This document shows positions 35,587 to 45,721 of a stretch of 46,648 nucleotides of DNA, one piece after another. Position 1 is the stretch's first letter; each line of letters begins with the position of its first letter. A model generated the notes under the pieces. The model worked only from the letters and a program-made list of their open reading frames with translations. It was not told where the DNA came from and did not search any database. Position numbers and translations under genes: made by a program. The stretch is from Candidatus Eiseniibacteriota bacterium. Its GTDB lineage: Bacteria; Eisenbacteria; RBG-16-71-46. Location: NCBI GenBank assembly GCA_038231135.1, contig JBBRLX010000034.1, positions 1 to 46,648 of the forward strand, read 5' to 3'.

Positions 35587-38364
35587 TTGATTGCTCGACG
35601 TATGTTCCTAACATGCATAGCGATCTCTACGGCCATCGCGAGTGCTGCCAATGCAACAATCTATCCGCCGGGCCCGGGTGGTACATGTCCCGACTCGATG
35701 ACGATCACCAATCTGCGAGATGCTTCTCAGCTCTGCTACCCCGCATTTGGAGACTCCGTGTACGGGGTAAGAGGTGTCGTTACAGCCATCGACAGCATCG
35801 GTAGTAGCTTCCTGTTTTACATCGAACTTCCGGGTGGCGGCCCATATTCGGGAATTCAGGTGTATACGGCCGGAACGAACTATCAGGGGTCAGTTCCCGG
35901 TACGCCAACCGGGGGCAACATCTTCTATGGAGATCTGCTGGCGGTCGATGGACGCTTTATCTCCGACTCCAGTCCGCCCGAGCTGGCGTCGTTCAACGGC
36001 AACTTCAGCATGGGTGACATCGCCATCAGGCGCGTGGCCGCCCATGGCAACCCTGTCGTCTTCCCGCCATTTCATGTCGGGACAGCGCTTGAACTCAATT
36101 GGATTGGAAGTTGGCCAGGGTCGAATCAGCTGCCCTGGGACGCCACACTCGTGAAGGTGCGGGGGCCCCTCGTGTGTGTGCGAACGGTGGGAGCGGGGGT
36201 CGCCCCCGGGCGGATGTTGTTCTGCGAGATGGGTGGCGCAGACACGATTGCGGTCGATTGCCGGGCGCTAGCGGGCATACCCGGCGTACCGATTCTTCCC
36301 GTGGGTGCCGTGATCGACTCGGTTCAGGGAATATTGCTGAGGGCCCCGGATGGATTCTATCGAATCACCCTGCGCAATGCGGGGGACCTGTGCCCAACGA
36401 TGTGGTTCCAGGATGCCGATGGTGACGGCTATGGCAATCCCGCCATCAGCGTGCAGGCCTGCTCCGCGCCCGCGGGGTACGTGGCCAACAATTTCGACTG
36501 TGATGACACGAACCCCGCGCATTATTCGATCACGTTCAGTGGTTTCGCTCCGGCATATGGGAACTTCGGCAGCAGCGTAGCGCTCAGCGGAAGCGGCCTG
36601 CTCCAGACCACCTCGGTATTGTTCGGGGGGGCGAGCGCGACCTTCACGGTGAATCCCGCCGGGACGATCATCACCGCGACGGTGCCGATGGGTGCACCGG
36701 TCGGGCCCATCCAGATGGTCGGCCCGTGCAACACGGTTGCAAGCACCCAGTGGTTCTATCCACCCGGTTGGCCGGCGTGCGGTGTGCCCGTGAATCAAGT
36801 GACGGGCAATCAACTGACACCGGTCTCCGTGTCCGATGGGTCAGGCGGAGTAATCGTTGCCTGGCAGGACCGTCGCGGCGCGGATTACGACATCTACGCG
36901 CAGCGCATGAACGCCAACGGCCAGCCGCTATGGCCGGCGGACGGCGTCGCGCTGTGCAGCGCGGTGAACGATCAGGACAATCCTGCGATCGTGTCGGACG
37001 GAGCGGGCGGCGCCATCGTAACGTGGCAGGATGGCCGATTCGGCGGCAGCGGCGCGAACGACATCTATGCACAGCGGGTGAACGTGGCGGGAGTGGTGCA
37101 ATGGGCTGGCAATGGCGTGGCGTTGTGCAGCGCAACGCAAAACCAGACGGTGCCCGCGGGGGTCCCGGACGGATCGGGTGGTGCGATCATCGCGTGGCAG
37201 GATGCGCGCGGAGCGACCCTCACCATCTACGCCCAGCGCGTCGATGCTGCGGGGGTGCCGCAATGGACCGCCAACGGTGTGCTGATGAGCGGATCGTCGT
37301 TCGATCAGACGCTGCCGAAGTTAGCCACGGACGCGGGCGGCGGTGCCATCGCTGTTTGGCAGGAGCGTCGCGGCGGCGGGAATCAGAAGAACGACATCTA
37401 CGCTCAGCGCGTGAACGCGAGTGGTTCCGTGCAGTGGGCCGGGATGGGAGTTGTGTTGTGCGCGGCGACGAACGACCAATTAGCGCCGGCGATTGCCGCG
37501 GATGGCGCGGGCGGCGCGATTGCTGCGTGGCAGGACCACCGTGGGGGTGGCGGCGGGGTGTTCGGCCAACGCGTGAACGCAGCGGGAGTCGTGCAATGGA
37601 CCACCGATGGCGTGGCACTGGGCACACAGGGGATCTCGAATCTCGCGATCGTCCCGGACGGAGCGAGTGGCGCGATCGTCGCGGGGTCGATCTCCACCGG
37701 TTACGTCCAACGCGTGAGCGCAGCGGGGGCGGCGCAGTGGGGTGCCAATGGCGTGACGCTGACCACGACCGCCAACAGCGTCCGTCCGGCACTGCTGTCG
37801 GACGGAGCGGGCGGGGCGATCGTGACGTGGTCGGACACGCGCGGCGCGACGGGTGCTGACATCTACGCGCAACAACTGAACGCGGCGGGGGCCGCGCAGT
37901 GGACCGCAGGCGGGGTGGCGCTGTGCACGGCGGCGGGCGACCAGACGGTCCCGGGGATCGTCGCGGACGGAACGGGTGGCGCGATCGTGGCGTGGCAGGA
38001 CGGCGTTCACGGCACGAGCAACTACGACATCTACGCCACGCGGGTGCGGTCGAACGGGCTGGTCACGGATGTCGCGCCGGCTGCCGCCGAGTTCGCGCCG
38101 CCGCTCGCAATACCGAATCCATTCATCGGCCAGGTCACGATTACATTCAGCCTGTCCGCGGCGACGCCGGTGCGGATGGAAGTGTTCGACGTGGCCGGGC
38201 GCCGGGTGTGGGGTTCGCCGATCTCGACGCTGGGGGCCGGGCGCCGCAGCCTGACGTGGGACGGACGGACGGATGACGGCCGCGCGCGGCGTGGCGGGAT
38301 CTACTTCATCCGCGTGCACGGACCGGGAGTCGAGGCATCGCGGCGGGTGGTACGCGTGAATTGA
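35587..38364 (+). CDS. Large secreted modular protein: unknown N-terminal domain, DADGDG/DCDD metal-binding module, IPT/TIG-like domain, eight DGxGGAIVxWxD repeats, C-terminal FlgD-like Ig domain
   Basis: Motifs read in translation; signal peptide ending ASAANA; start uncertain (TTG 35587 or ATG 35602). Confidence 0.85.
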   Translation: MIARRMFLTCIAISTAIASAANATIYPPGPGGTCPDSMTITNLRDASQLCYPAFGDSVYGVRGVVTAIDSIGSSFLFYIELPGGGPYSGIQVYTAGTNYQGSVPGTPTGGNIFYGDLLAVDGRFISDSSPPELASFNGNFSMGDIAIRRVAAHGNPVVFPPFHVGTALELNWIGSWPGSNQLPWDATLVKVRGPLVCVRTVGAGVAPGRMLFCEMGGADTIAVDCRALAGIPGVPILPVGAVIDSVQGILLRAPDGFYRITLRNAGDLCPTMWFQDADGDGYGNPAISVQACSAPAGYVANNFDCDDTNPAHYSITFSGFAPAYGNFGSSVALSGSGLLQTTSVLFGGASATFTVNPAGTIITATVPMGAPVGPIQMVGPCNTVASTQWFYPPGWPACGVPVNQVTGNQLTPVSVSDGSGGVIVAWQDRRGADYDIYAQRMNANGQPLWPADGVALCSAVNDQDNPAIVSDGAGGAIVTWQDGRFGGSGANDIYAQRVNVAGVVQWAGNGVALCSATQNQTVPAGVPDGSGGAIIAWQDARGATLTIYAQRVDAAGVPQWTANGVLMSGSSFDQTLPKLATDAGGGAIAVWQERRGGGNQKNDIYAQRVNASGSVQWAGMGVVLCAATNDQLAPAIAADGAGGAIAAWQDHRGGGGGVFGQRVNAAGVVQWTTDGVALGTQGISNLAIVPDGASGAIVAGSISTGYVQRVSAAGAAQWGANGVTLTTTANSVRPALLSDGAGGAIVTWSDTRGATGADIYAQQLNAAGAAQWTAGGVALCTAAGDQTVPGIVADGTGGAIVAWQDGVHGTSNYDIYATRVRSNGLVTDVAPAAAEFAPPLAIPNPFIGQVTITFSLSAATPVRMEVFDVAGRRVWGSPISTLGAGRRSLTWDGRTDDGRARRGGIYFIRVHGPGVEASRRVVRVN

Positions 38365-38471
38365 TCGGGAGTGCAGCGTCCGTGATGGGATCAAGTTCTA
38401 CCTAGGCCGGAGCGCGCGCTCCTGCCGTAGCTGTTTCGACCCCGCACCAAGGCAGCCTTCGGAGGTAATTG

Positions 38472-41400
38472 GTGAGATCTGCATGCTCTCTGCCACCGGC
38501 GCGCGGCGCAGCGGACGCCAGGGCGCTGCCGTGCCTTCTGGGAATATTTGCCCTTGCGGCGGCCGCCTCCATCCCAGGCGTGGCCTCGTCGCAGACGTTG
38601 CGTCAAAGTCTCTGGGTCACCAACGGTTTCGTGAGCGCCGTTGCGACTTCTGGGAACACGATCTATTTGGGAGGACAGTTCACGCAGGTCGGTCCCGCCA
38701 CCGGCAGTGCGGTCGGGATCAGTGCGGCCACCGGTGCCGTCGTTCAGCCGACCGCCGGGGCCACGGGAATCGTCTATGCCGTCGCGTCCGACGGAAGCGG
38801 CGGGTGGTATTTCGGCGGGTTGTTCAAGTTTGTACAGGGACAGCCGCGCTCGAACCTTGCTCACGTCGATGCCGGTGGGAACCTGACCTCCTGGAGCCCG
38901 AACGCCGACAATACGGTCTCCACCCTGGTCGTGAGCGGCAGTACCGTCTATGTCGGCGGTTTGTTCACCAGCATCGGCAGTCATGTGAGGCACGGCATCG
39001 CCGCCCTCGATGCGTCGACCGGTCTAGCTACGAGTTGGGATCCGAACGCCAGTGCCCCAGGAAGCTTCGGGATCTATGCCCTGGCGGTGAGCAATGGCAA
39101 GGTCTACGCCGGCGGCGACTTCCATACCATAGGAGGACAGCCGCGCATCGCGCTCGCCCAACTCGATGCCGTTAGTGGTGCAGCCACGAGTTGGGATCCC
39201 GAACCCAACGGCGCGGTCATCGCTTTGTCGGCGAGTGGCAATACCATCTACGCAGGCGGCGCCTTCACCGTCGTCGGCGGTGTCGCTCGCAGCTTCATCG
39301 CCGGCATCGACGCGACGACGGGCTCGATCACGGCATGGGCTCCCTATGCGGACAACTGGGTTCGCGCTCTGGCAGTGCGCGGCACGACGGTCTACGCCGG
39401 CGGCCAGTTCAGTATGTTCAGCGGCCAGCCCCGCAAGAATCTTGCCGCGCTCGATGCCGCCGGCACGGCGACTAGCTGGGCTCCGAACCCGGACGGTACC
39501 GTATGCGCATTGTCGTCCAGTGGCGGCGTGGTTTACGCGGGAGGCGCATTCTTCCTTGCCGGCGGCCAGGCGCGGGCCGGCTTGGTTGCGCTTGATTCGA
39601 CCACGGCGACCGCAACATCATGGAATCCGGGTACCAACAACACGGTCTGCGCTCTGGCGACGAGCGGGGGCACGGTATACGCCGGCGGATCCTTCACGAG
39701 CGTGGGCTGCCAGGTGCGCAAAAACATCGCCGCAATGGATACTGCCGGGGCGCTCCGGGCATGGGATCCAAACGCAAATGGTTACATTTCCACGTTGGCG
39801 CTGCGTGGCGGCACCGTTTACGCAGCGGGGGGATTCAGTCACATTGGCGGCCAGGATCGAAACCATATCGCCGCACTGGATGCCGCGACCGGCGTGGCAC
39901 AGACATGGAATCCCAACGCCGACGGCTCGGTCACCAGTATGACGGTGAACGGTTCCAAGGTGTATGTAGCCGGCAATTTCGTCAACATTGGCGGACAGAT
40001 GCGACATCATCTCGCCGCGCTCAATGTGAGCGATGGACTTGCCGCCACCTGGAATCCGAACTCGAACGGCGCCGCCGACGCGCTCGTGTTGACCGGCAGC
40101 TTGGTATACGTGAGCGGAGGCTTCACGACGATCGGCGGCCAGCCTCGCAATCGAGTTGCCGCAATCGACACGCTGGGTGTTCTTGCGCCCTGGGATCCGA
40201 ACGCAGATGACGAAGTGAGTGCCCTGGCGGTCAGTGAAGGAACGGTTTACCTGGCGGGCTGGTTCACCCACGTCGGTGGCAAGCCACGCAATCACATCGC
40301 GGCGATTGACGCCGGCGGTCTGGCCACCGCCTGGAATCCAAATGCCGATTACAACGTCTATGCCCTGGCGGCGAGTGGCAGCACGGTCTATGCCGGAGGC
40401 GTTTTTACCAATATTGGCGGCCACGCACGCACCGCTCTGGCCGCACTCGACCCCGCCGGGTTTGCCACCAATTGGGACCCGGAACCGGATGGCGTCGTCG
40501 GGTTGTTGAGTGTGAACGCGGGCATGCTCGATGTCGGCGGCAGCTTCGCCAGCATCCAGGGCTTTCCGCACTCAGGCATCGCGGTGCTGGGTTGCCCGAG
40601 TCCCACGACGTTGTACCGCGACGCGGACGGTGACGGATACGGCGATCCGGCGATTGCGACCTTTTCATGCGACGGGTCGATTCCCGCCGGCTACGTCACC
40701 AACAACACCGATTGCGACGACTCGAACCCCGCAGTCCATCCCGGCGCCAGGGAGGTCTGCGACAACATCGACAACAACTGCAATGGACAGGTCGACGAGG
40801 CGGGGCTCAAACCAGGGATGGTGAGTTGGTGGCCGGGGGAAGGGAACGCAAACGATGCCACAGGTTCCCATGACGGGGTGCTGAGGGATGGCGTCACCTT
40901 CGATCCCGCCGGCGAAGTCGGAAAGGCATTCTCCTTCAATGGAGACTACGTGGAGGTGCCCGACAGTCCGTCGTTGCGATTTACTTCGCAATACACGCTG
41001 GAAGCTTGGATCGAACCCAAACACCTGAACAGCGTGCAGCAGATCATGAGCAAGTGGAGCTTTGCGGCCGGGAACTTCGCCTATGAGATGGGTATCTATC
41101 CCAATGGAGCGCTGCGGGCGGACGTCAGTGGGACCGGATCCACGTATGGGGAACTTATTTCTCCACCCAATCTGTTGAGTATGGGTTCTTGGGCGCACGT
41201 GGCAGTGACGTTTTCCGCCGGAGTTCTCGATCTGTATATAAACGGCAACCTGGCCGCCACGCATGACATGACGCCAATCACCTCGATCTACCCGGGCACG
41301 ACGGACCTGTTCCTCGGCGTAGCCAACGGGGGCGTGCAGTACTTCAACGGATTGATCGACGAGCCTGCGACCTACAACCGTGCATTGAGCGCCGCGGAGA

Positions 41401-41756
41401 TCAAGGCCAGGTACCAGGCGGGTTCCGGCGGCCTGTGCGCGGTCGCCGGGGTGAACGACTCTCGGCGGGCCGCGGGGGCCTTCGAGTTCTCCGCCCCGTG
41501 GCCGAACCCGTCGTCGCAAGCCACGGACTTCGAGTTCGAGCTTCCTGCTCGCGCAAGAGTCGTTGCCGAAGTCGTCGACGTCGCGGGCCGGCGCGTGTCG
41601 CCGCTGCTCATCGACGGAGTTCTGGAAGCGGGATCCCATCACCTTCAGTGGAACGATCGGAGCGAGTCTGGATCACCGGTCGCGCCGGGCGTCTATCTGA
41701 TTCGGATTTCTGCGGGCGACGTGTCCGTCGGCCGGAGGATCGTATTGATCAAGTAA
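38472..41756 (+). CDS. Large secreted modular protein: WxPNA beta-propeller repeats, MopE-like metal-binding module, LamG domain, FlgD-like Ig domain
   Basis: 12 W[DNSA]P repeats with VYAGG.F; RDADGDGYG..DCDD.NP..HPGA.E.CD.IDNNCNG.VDE; WAHVAVTF...LYING...FNGLIDE...YNRALS; PNP...DVAGRRV...W.D...PGVY; GGAGG RBS. Confidence 0.9.
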   Translation: MRSACSLPPARGAADARALPCLLGIFALAAAASIPGVASSQTLRQSLWVTNGFVSAVATSGNTIYLGGQFTQVGPATGSAVGISAATGAVVQPTAGATGIVYAVASDGSGGWYFGGLFKFVQGQPRSNLAHVDAGGNLTSWSPNADNTVSTLVVSGSTVYVGGLFTSIGSHVRHGIAALDASTGLATSWDPNASAPGSFGIYALAVSNGKVYAGGDFHTIGGQPRIALAQLDAVSGAATSWDPEPNGAVIALSASGNTIYAGGAFTVVGGVARSFIAGIDATTGSITAWAPYADNWVRALAVRGTTVYAGGQFSMFSGQPRKNLAALDAAGTATSWAPNPDGTVCALSSSGGVVYAGGAFFLAGGQARAGLVALDSTTATATSWNPGTNNTVCALATSGGTVYAGGSFTSVGCQVRKNIAAMDTAGALRAWDPNANGYISTLALRGGTVYAAGGFSHIGGQDRNHIAALDAATGVAQTWNPNADGSVTSMTVNGSKVYVAGNFVNIGGQMRHHLAALNVSDGLAATWNPNSNGAADALVLTGSLVYVSGGFTTIGGQPRNRVAAIDTLGVLAPWDPNADDEVSALAVSEGTVYLAGWFTHVGGKPRNHIAAIDAGGLATAWNPNADYNVYALAASGSTVYAGGVFTNIGGHARTALAALDPAGFATNWDPEPDGVVGLLSVNAGMLDVGGSFASIQGFPHSGIAVLGCPSPTTLYRDADGDGYGDPAIATFSCDGSIPAGYVTNNTDCDDSNPAVHPGAREVCDNIDNNCNGQVDEAGLKPGMVSWWPGEGNANDATGSHDGVLRDGVTFDPAGEVGKAFSFNGDYVEVPDSPSLRFTSQYTLEAWIEPKHLNSVQQIMSKWSFAAGNFAYEMGIYPNGALRADVSGTGSTYGELISPPNLLSMGSWAHVAVTFSAGVLDLYINGNLAATHDMTPITSIYPGTTDLFLGVANGGVQYFNGLIDEPATYNRALSAAEIKARYQAGSGGLCAVAGVNDSRRAAGAFEFSAPWPNPSSQATDFEFELPARARVVAEVVDVAGRRVSPLLIDGVLEAGSHHLQWNDRSESGSPVAPGVYLIRISAGDVSVGRRIVLIK

Positions 41757-41827
41757 TGGCAGCACCCCGGCCGCGTACTATGTCGATCCACGTGATGGGT
41801 TCGGCTTCGAACTCCAGAAAGACCACC

Positions 41828-44800
41828 ATGCTGAGACGGCTCGCTCTCCTCGCTCTCCTCGCGTTCGTCCTCGCACCGCGCCCGGCGTGCGGTCAGGTGC
41901 TGCGGCAAGGGCTTTGGGTCACGGATGGCGTGGTGAACGCCGTGGCGCCCTCGGGCAACACGATCTACCTGGGCGGGCAGTTTTCCCAGGTCGGTCCGGC
42001 CACGGGCTCAGCCGTCGCCATCGATGCGTCCACCGGCGCCGTCCATCAGCCGTATCCGTTGATGGATGGCGACGTGAGGGCGATTGCTTCCGACGGGAGC
42101 GGCGGGTGGTATCTGGGCGGGGCGTTCACGGTAGTGCTCGGCCAGCCGCGCGCGAGTCTCGCCCACCTCGATGCCGCCGGGAATTTGACCTCGTGGAACC
42201 CGACCGTGGTGGGCGACATCAACGCGCTCGCGATGAGCGGCGGTGTGATCTATGTCGGGGGTTATTTCACCAGCGTGGGGGGCCAGGCTCGTGACAACGT
42301 CGCCGCGCTGGACGCCGTTACCGGCGCGGCCACGAGCTGGAATCCGGATTTGAGCGGCGTCGCCGCGCCGGTCGGGGTCTCGGCCTTGGTGGTGAACGCG
42401 GGCACGGTTTACGTCGGCGGGTTCTTCACCAGTGTCGGTGGTCAGCCACGCAACAACCTCGCCGCGATCGATTCCGTCACGGGAACACCCACCAGCTGGA
42501 ATCCGAATGCGGACGATCTGGTCTACGCCGTGGCAGTGAGCGGTGGCACGGTTTACGTCGGCGGGAGCTTCAGCAACGTCGGCGGTCAGGTGCGCAGTCA
42601 TATTGCCGCGCTCGACGCGGTCGGGGGCGCGGCGTCCGGCTGGGCCCCGAATGCGGACTTCGCGGTCTCCGCCCTGGCGGTCAGCGGCGGCAAGGTCTAT
42701 GCGGGCGGCAATTTCTCCAACATCGGTGGGCAGCCGCGCATGAACCTGGCCGCCATCGATTCCGTCTCAGGACTCGCCACCGCCTGGAATCCGGGCGTGA
42801 ACAACGCCGTCTCGGCCGTGGCGATGAGCGGCAGCACGATCTACGCCGGCGGGCAATTTTCCACCGTCGGCGGCCAGACTCGAAATTGCCTCGCCGCGAT
42901 CGACGCCGTCACGGGCATTCCCACGAGTTGGAATCCGGGTGCGAACGCGCAGATCTTCGCCCTTGCGGCGAGCGGGAGCACCGTGTTCGCGGGCGGCCAG
43001 TTCACCAGCGTCGGTGAGGTCATCCGCAACAACCTGGCGGCATTCGACGCCACGACCGGTGCCGCCACCAGTTGGAATCCAAATGCGGACAACGTGGTCA
43101 ACGCCCTGGCGGTGAGCAGCGGCGTGGTCTACGCCGGCGGCAGTTTCGCCAGCATCGGAGGACAGTCCCGCTACCGCATTGCCGCGATCGACGCTGCCAG
43201 CGGCGGTCCCACCCCCTGGAACCCGAACCCAAACAGTGCATTGGGCTCTGAGGTCGTCCGGGCTCTGGCGTTGGGCGCCGGCACGGTTTACGCCGGCGGG
43301 AAATTCATCGATATGGGATTCTCGGCGCGCAACAACATCGTGGCGATCGATGCCGTGAGCGGTGTGCCCCTGGCATGGGATCCGAATGCGAATGGGGACG
43401 TTTACGCTCTTGGTACAGTCGGAAACACTGTCTATGTCGGCGGCGGATTCACCAGTATCGGCGGTCAGGGACGCAACCGCATCGCGGCGCTCAGCGCCAC
43501 GACCGGCGCGGCCACGACCTGGAATCCCAACGCCAACAGTCTCGTTCGCACCCTGGGGTTGAGCGACACTACCGTCTACGCGGGCGGGACGTTCACCAAC
43601 GTCGGTGGTCAACCGCGCAATCATGTCGCCGCCTTGAGTTCCGTCACCGGGCTCGCCACGAGCTGGGACCCGAACGCGACCGGTGGAACCGGCACCGTCT
43701 TCTCCCTCGCGACGAGTGGCAATACGATCTACGCCGGGGGAAACTTCCTGACCGTCGGCGGCCAGTCACGCAACTTCTTCGCGGCGATCGATGGCAGCAC
43801 GGGCACGCCGACCCCATGGAATCCCCAGGCGAACGGCATCGTGTCCGCTGTAGCCGTGACCGGTAGTGCCATCGATGTCGGAGGCAGATTCTCCAACATC
43901 GCAGGGTTCCCCCACACGGGACTCGCGGAGTTTTCCTGCCCCAATCCCACGACCTTCTACCGCGACGCTGACGGCGACGGGTACGGCAACCCGTCCGTGT
44001 CGGTCGTCTCGTGCGACGGCTCGGTTCCTCCGGGCTACGTGACGAACGACACCGACTGCGACGACGGCAACCCCACGGTCCATCCCGGGGCGGTGGAGAT
44101 CGCGTGCAACGGGATCGACGACAACTGCAATGGACTCGTGGACGAGGGCGCCGGCGGACCCGGCCTCAGCTTCGGCCCGGATACTCAGTACGGAACTGGC
44201 TCAAGTCCGCGTTCGATGGCGATCGCGGACCTGAACGGCGACGGACGGATTGACGTGGTGACGGCGAATACCGCTGCCAATACGGCTTCGTTGCTGCCGG
44301 GCAACGGCTCGGGTGGCTTTGTCGGCAAAACCGATTTTGCAACTGGGAGCAATCCCATCTCGATCGCGATCGGAGATTTCAATCATGACGGGAGGCCCGA
44401 TCTGGCGGTCGCGAACGACGCGTCGAACTCGGTCTCGGTGCTGCTCAATAATGGCGTGGGAGGTTTCATTGCCAAGACGGACTATACGACGGGCACGAGT
44501 CCGGTCTCGGTGGCCATTGGGGACGTGAACGGAGACGGCAAGCTCGATCTGGTGGTGGCGAACCAGGGCAGCAACACGGTTTCCGTGTTCAAAGGCAGCA
44601 GCGTTGGCGGATTCGGGCCGAAGACCGACTTCGCGACCGGGCTCGGCCCGTCCGGAATCGCGGTCGGCGACGTGAACGCGGATGGCAAAGTCGATCTGGC
44701 GGTGGCGAATTTCAGCGGAGGCACGGCTTCGGTCCTGCTCGGCAACGGGTCCGGTAGTTTCGGAGCGAAGACCGACTTTCCGGCCGGGACCAACCCTGCC

Positions 44801-45514
44801 GCCGTCACGATCGGAGATCTGAACGCCGACGGCAAACCCGACCTCGTGGTCGCCAACGTTGGCTCGAACACGGTGTCCGTGCTGCTGGGGAATGGCGCGG
44901 GATTGTTTGGAGCCAAGACGGATTTCGCGACTGGAAGCCATCCCTTCTCGGTCGCGATCGGCGACGTCAACGGAGACTCCAAGCCCGATCTGGTGGTGAC
45001 GAACATTGGTTCGAACGATGTCTCGGTCTTGCTCGGAAGAGGAGACGGCACTTTCGCCGCCAAGGCCGAATTCTGCACCGGGAGCATCCCGTATTCAGCC
45101 GCGATCGCCGATCTGGACGGTAACGGACGGCGGGACCTCCTGGTGGTGAACTCGGGATCCAACACCGTGTCCGTGCTGCTCAACATGGGCGCCACAGCGG
45201 TCGAGCCCACGCCCGTGGCGTCGAGGATCGAGTTGTTCGCGCCACGCCCGAATCCGTCGAGCGGCAGCACCGAAGTGGCGTTTTCACTTCCGTCGCCCGG
45301 ACGGGTTCGCATCGAGATATTGGACACTGCCGGACGCCTGGTGGAGCTGCTTGCCAATGACGAGAGCTTTCCTGCCGCGCGGAATTCGCGGGTCTGGGAT
45401 GGCCGCAACGGTTCCGGGGCGCGCGTGGCGAGCGGAATCTATCTGGTGCGAGTCAGCGCCGCGGGGGGCTCGGCGACACGCAAGCTTATCCTGGCGCCTG
45501 TTCTCGGCCGGTAG
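41828..45514 (+). CDS. Paralogous secreted modular protein: WxPNA propeller repeats, MopE-like module, seven FG-GAP/VCBS repeats, FlgD-like Ig domain
   Basis: Signal peptide MLRRLALLALLAFVLAPRPACG; 12 WxP repeats; seven D[LVF][ND]xDG..D repeats; PNP...DTAGRLV...WDGR..SG..VASGIY. Confidence 0.9.
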   Translation: MLRRLALLALLAFVLAPRPACGQVLRQGLWVTDGVVNAVAPSGNTIYLGGQFSQVGPATGSAVAIDASTGAVHQPYPLMDGDVRAIASDGSGGWYLGGAFTVVLGQPRASLAHLDAAGNLTSWNPTVVGDINALAMSGGVIYVGGYFTSVGGQARDNVAALDAVTGAATSWNPDLSGVAAPVGVSALVVNAGTVYVGGFFTSVGGQPRNNLAAIDSVTGTPTSWNPNADDLVYAVAVSGGTVYVGGSFSNVGGQVRSHIAALDAVGGAASGWAPNADFAVSALAVSGGKVYAGGNFSNIGGQPRMNLAAIDSVSGLATAWNPGVNNAVSAVAMSGSTIYAGGQFSTVGGQTRNCLAAIDAVTGIPTSWNPGANAQIFALAASGSTVFAGGQFTSVGEVIRNNLAAFDATTGAATSWNPNADNVVNALAVSSGVVYAGGSFASIGGQSRYRIAAIDAASGGPTPWNPNPNSALGSEVVRALALGAGTVYAGGKFIDMGFSARNNIVAIDAVSGVPLAWDPNANGDVYALGTVGNTVYVGGGFTSIGGQGRNRIAALSATTGAATTWNPNANSLVRTLGLSDTTVYAGGTFTNVGGQPRNHVAALSSVTGLATSWDPNATGGTGTVFSLATSGNTIYAGGNFLTVGGQSRNFFAAIDGSTGTPTPWNPQANGIVSAVAVTGSAIDVGGRFSNIAGFPHTGLAEFSCPNPTTFYRDADGDGYGNPSVSVVSCDGSVPPGYVTNDTDCDDGNPTVHPGAVEIACNGIDDNCNGLVDEGAGGPGLSFGPDTQYGTGSSPRSMAIADLNGDGRIDVVTANTAANTASLLPGNGSGGFVGKTDFATGSNPISIAIGDFNHDGRPDLAVANDASNSVSVLLNNGVGGFIAKTDYTTGTSPVSVAIGDVNGDGKLDLVVANQGSNTVSVFKGSSVGGFGPKTDFATGLGPSGIAVGDVNADGKVDLAVANFSGGTASVLLGNGSGSFGAKTDFPAGTNPAAVTIGDLNADGKPDLVVANVGSNTVSVLLGNGAGLFGAKTDFATGSHPFSVAIGDVNGDSKPDLVVTNIGSNDVSVLLGRGDGTFAAKAEFCTGSIPYSAAIADLDGNGRRDLLVVNSGSNTVSVLLNMGATAVEPTPVASRIELFAPRPNPSSGSTEVAFSLPSPGRVRIEILDTAGRLVELLANDESFPAARNSRVWDGRNGSGARVASGIYLVRVSAAGGSATRKLILAPVLGR

Positions 45515-45637
45515 CACGAAGCCGACGATTGGCCGGGATCCCATTGGAGCCCAGTACTTCACGGGTCTTGTCGACGAGCCCTGTATCTACAACCGCGCGT
45601 TGAGCGCCAGCGAGATCAAGGCCGTCTACAACGCGGG
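45497..45637 (+). pseudogene. Orphan C-terminal fragment of a LamG domain
   Basis: Translates to ...QYFTGLVDEPCIYNRALSASEIKAVYNAG, aligning with QYFNGLIDEPATYNRALSAAEIKARYQAG at ~41337-41423; no start codon or signal peptide of its own; boundaries approximate. Confidence 0.8.
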
Positions 45638-45721
45638 CGATGCATTGATGCGAGCGGTGGATACAACAAGAAGCCGCCCCTCTCTGATGGGGCTCGATTC
45701 TCATCTCGGAAGGAGTTCACT

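Noticed and set aside
38600..45190. Repeats as a CRISPR array or a diversity-generating retroelement (including the 41337/45552 pair as TR/VR)
   Set aside because: The repeats are degenerate in-frame protein repeats; no cas or reverse transcriptase gene is present, and the pair's differences are not adenine-specific
38380..45695. Shared TGATGGG motif upstream of three secreted-protein genes
   Set aside because: Too short and inconsistently spaced from the start codons to distinguish from chance
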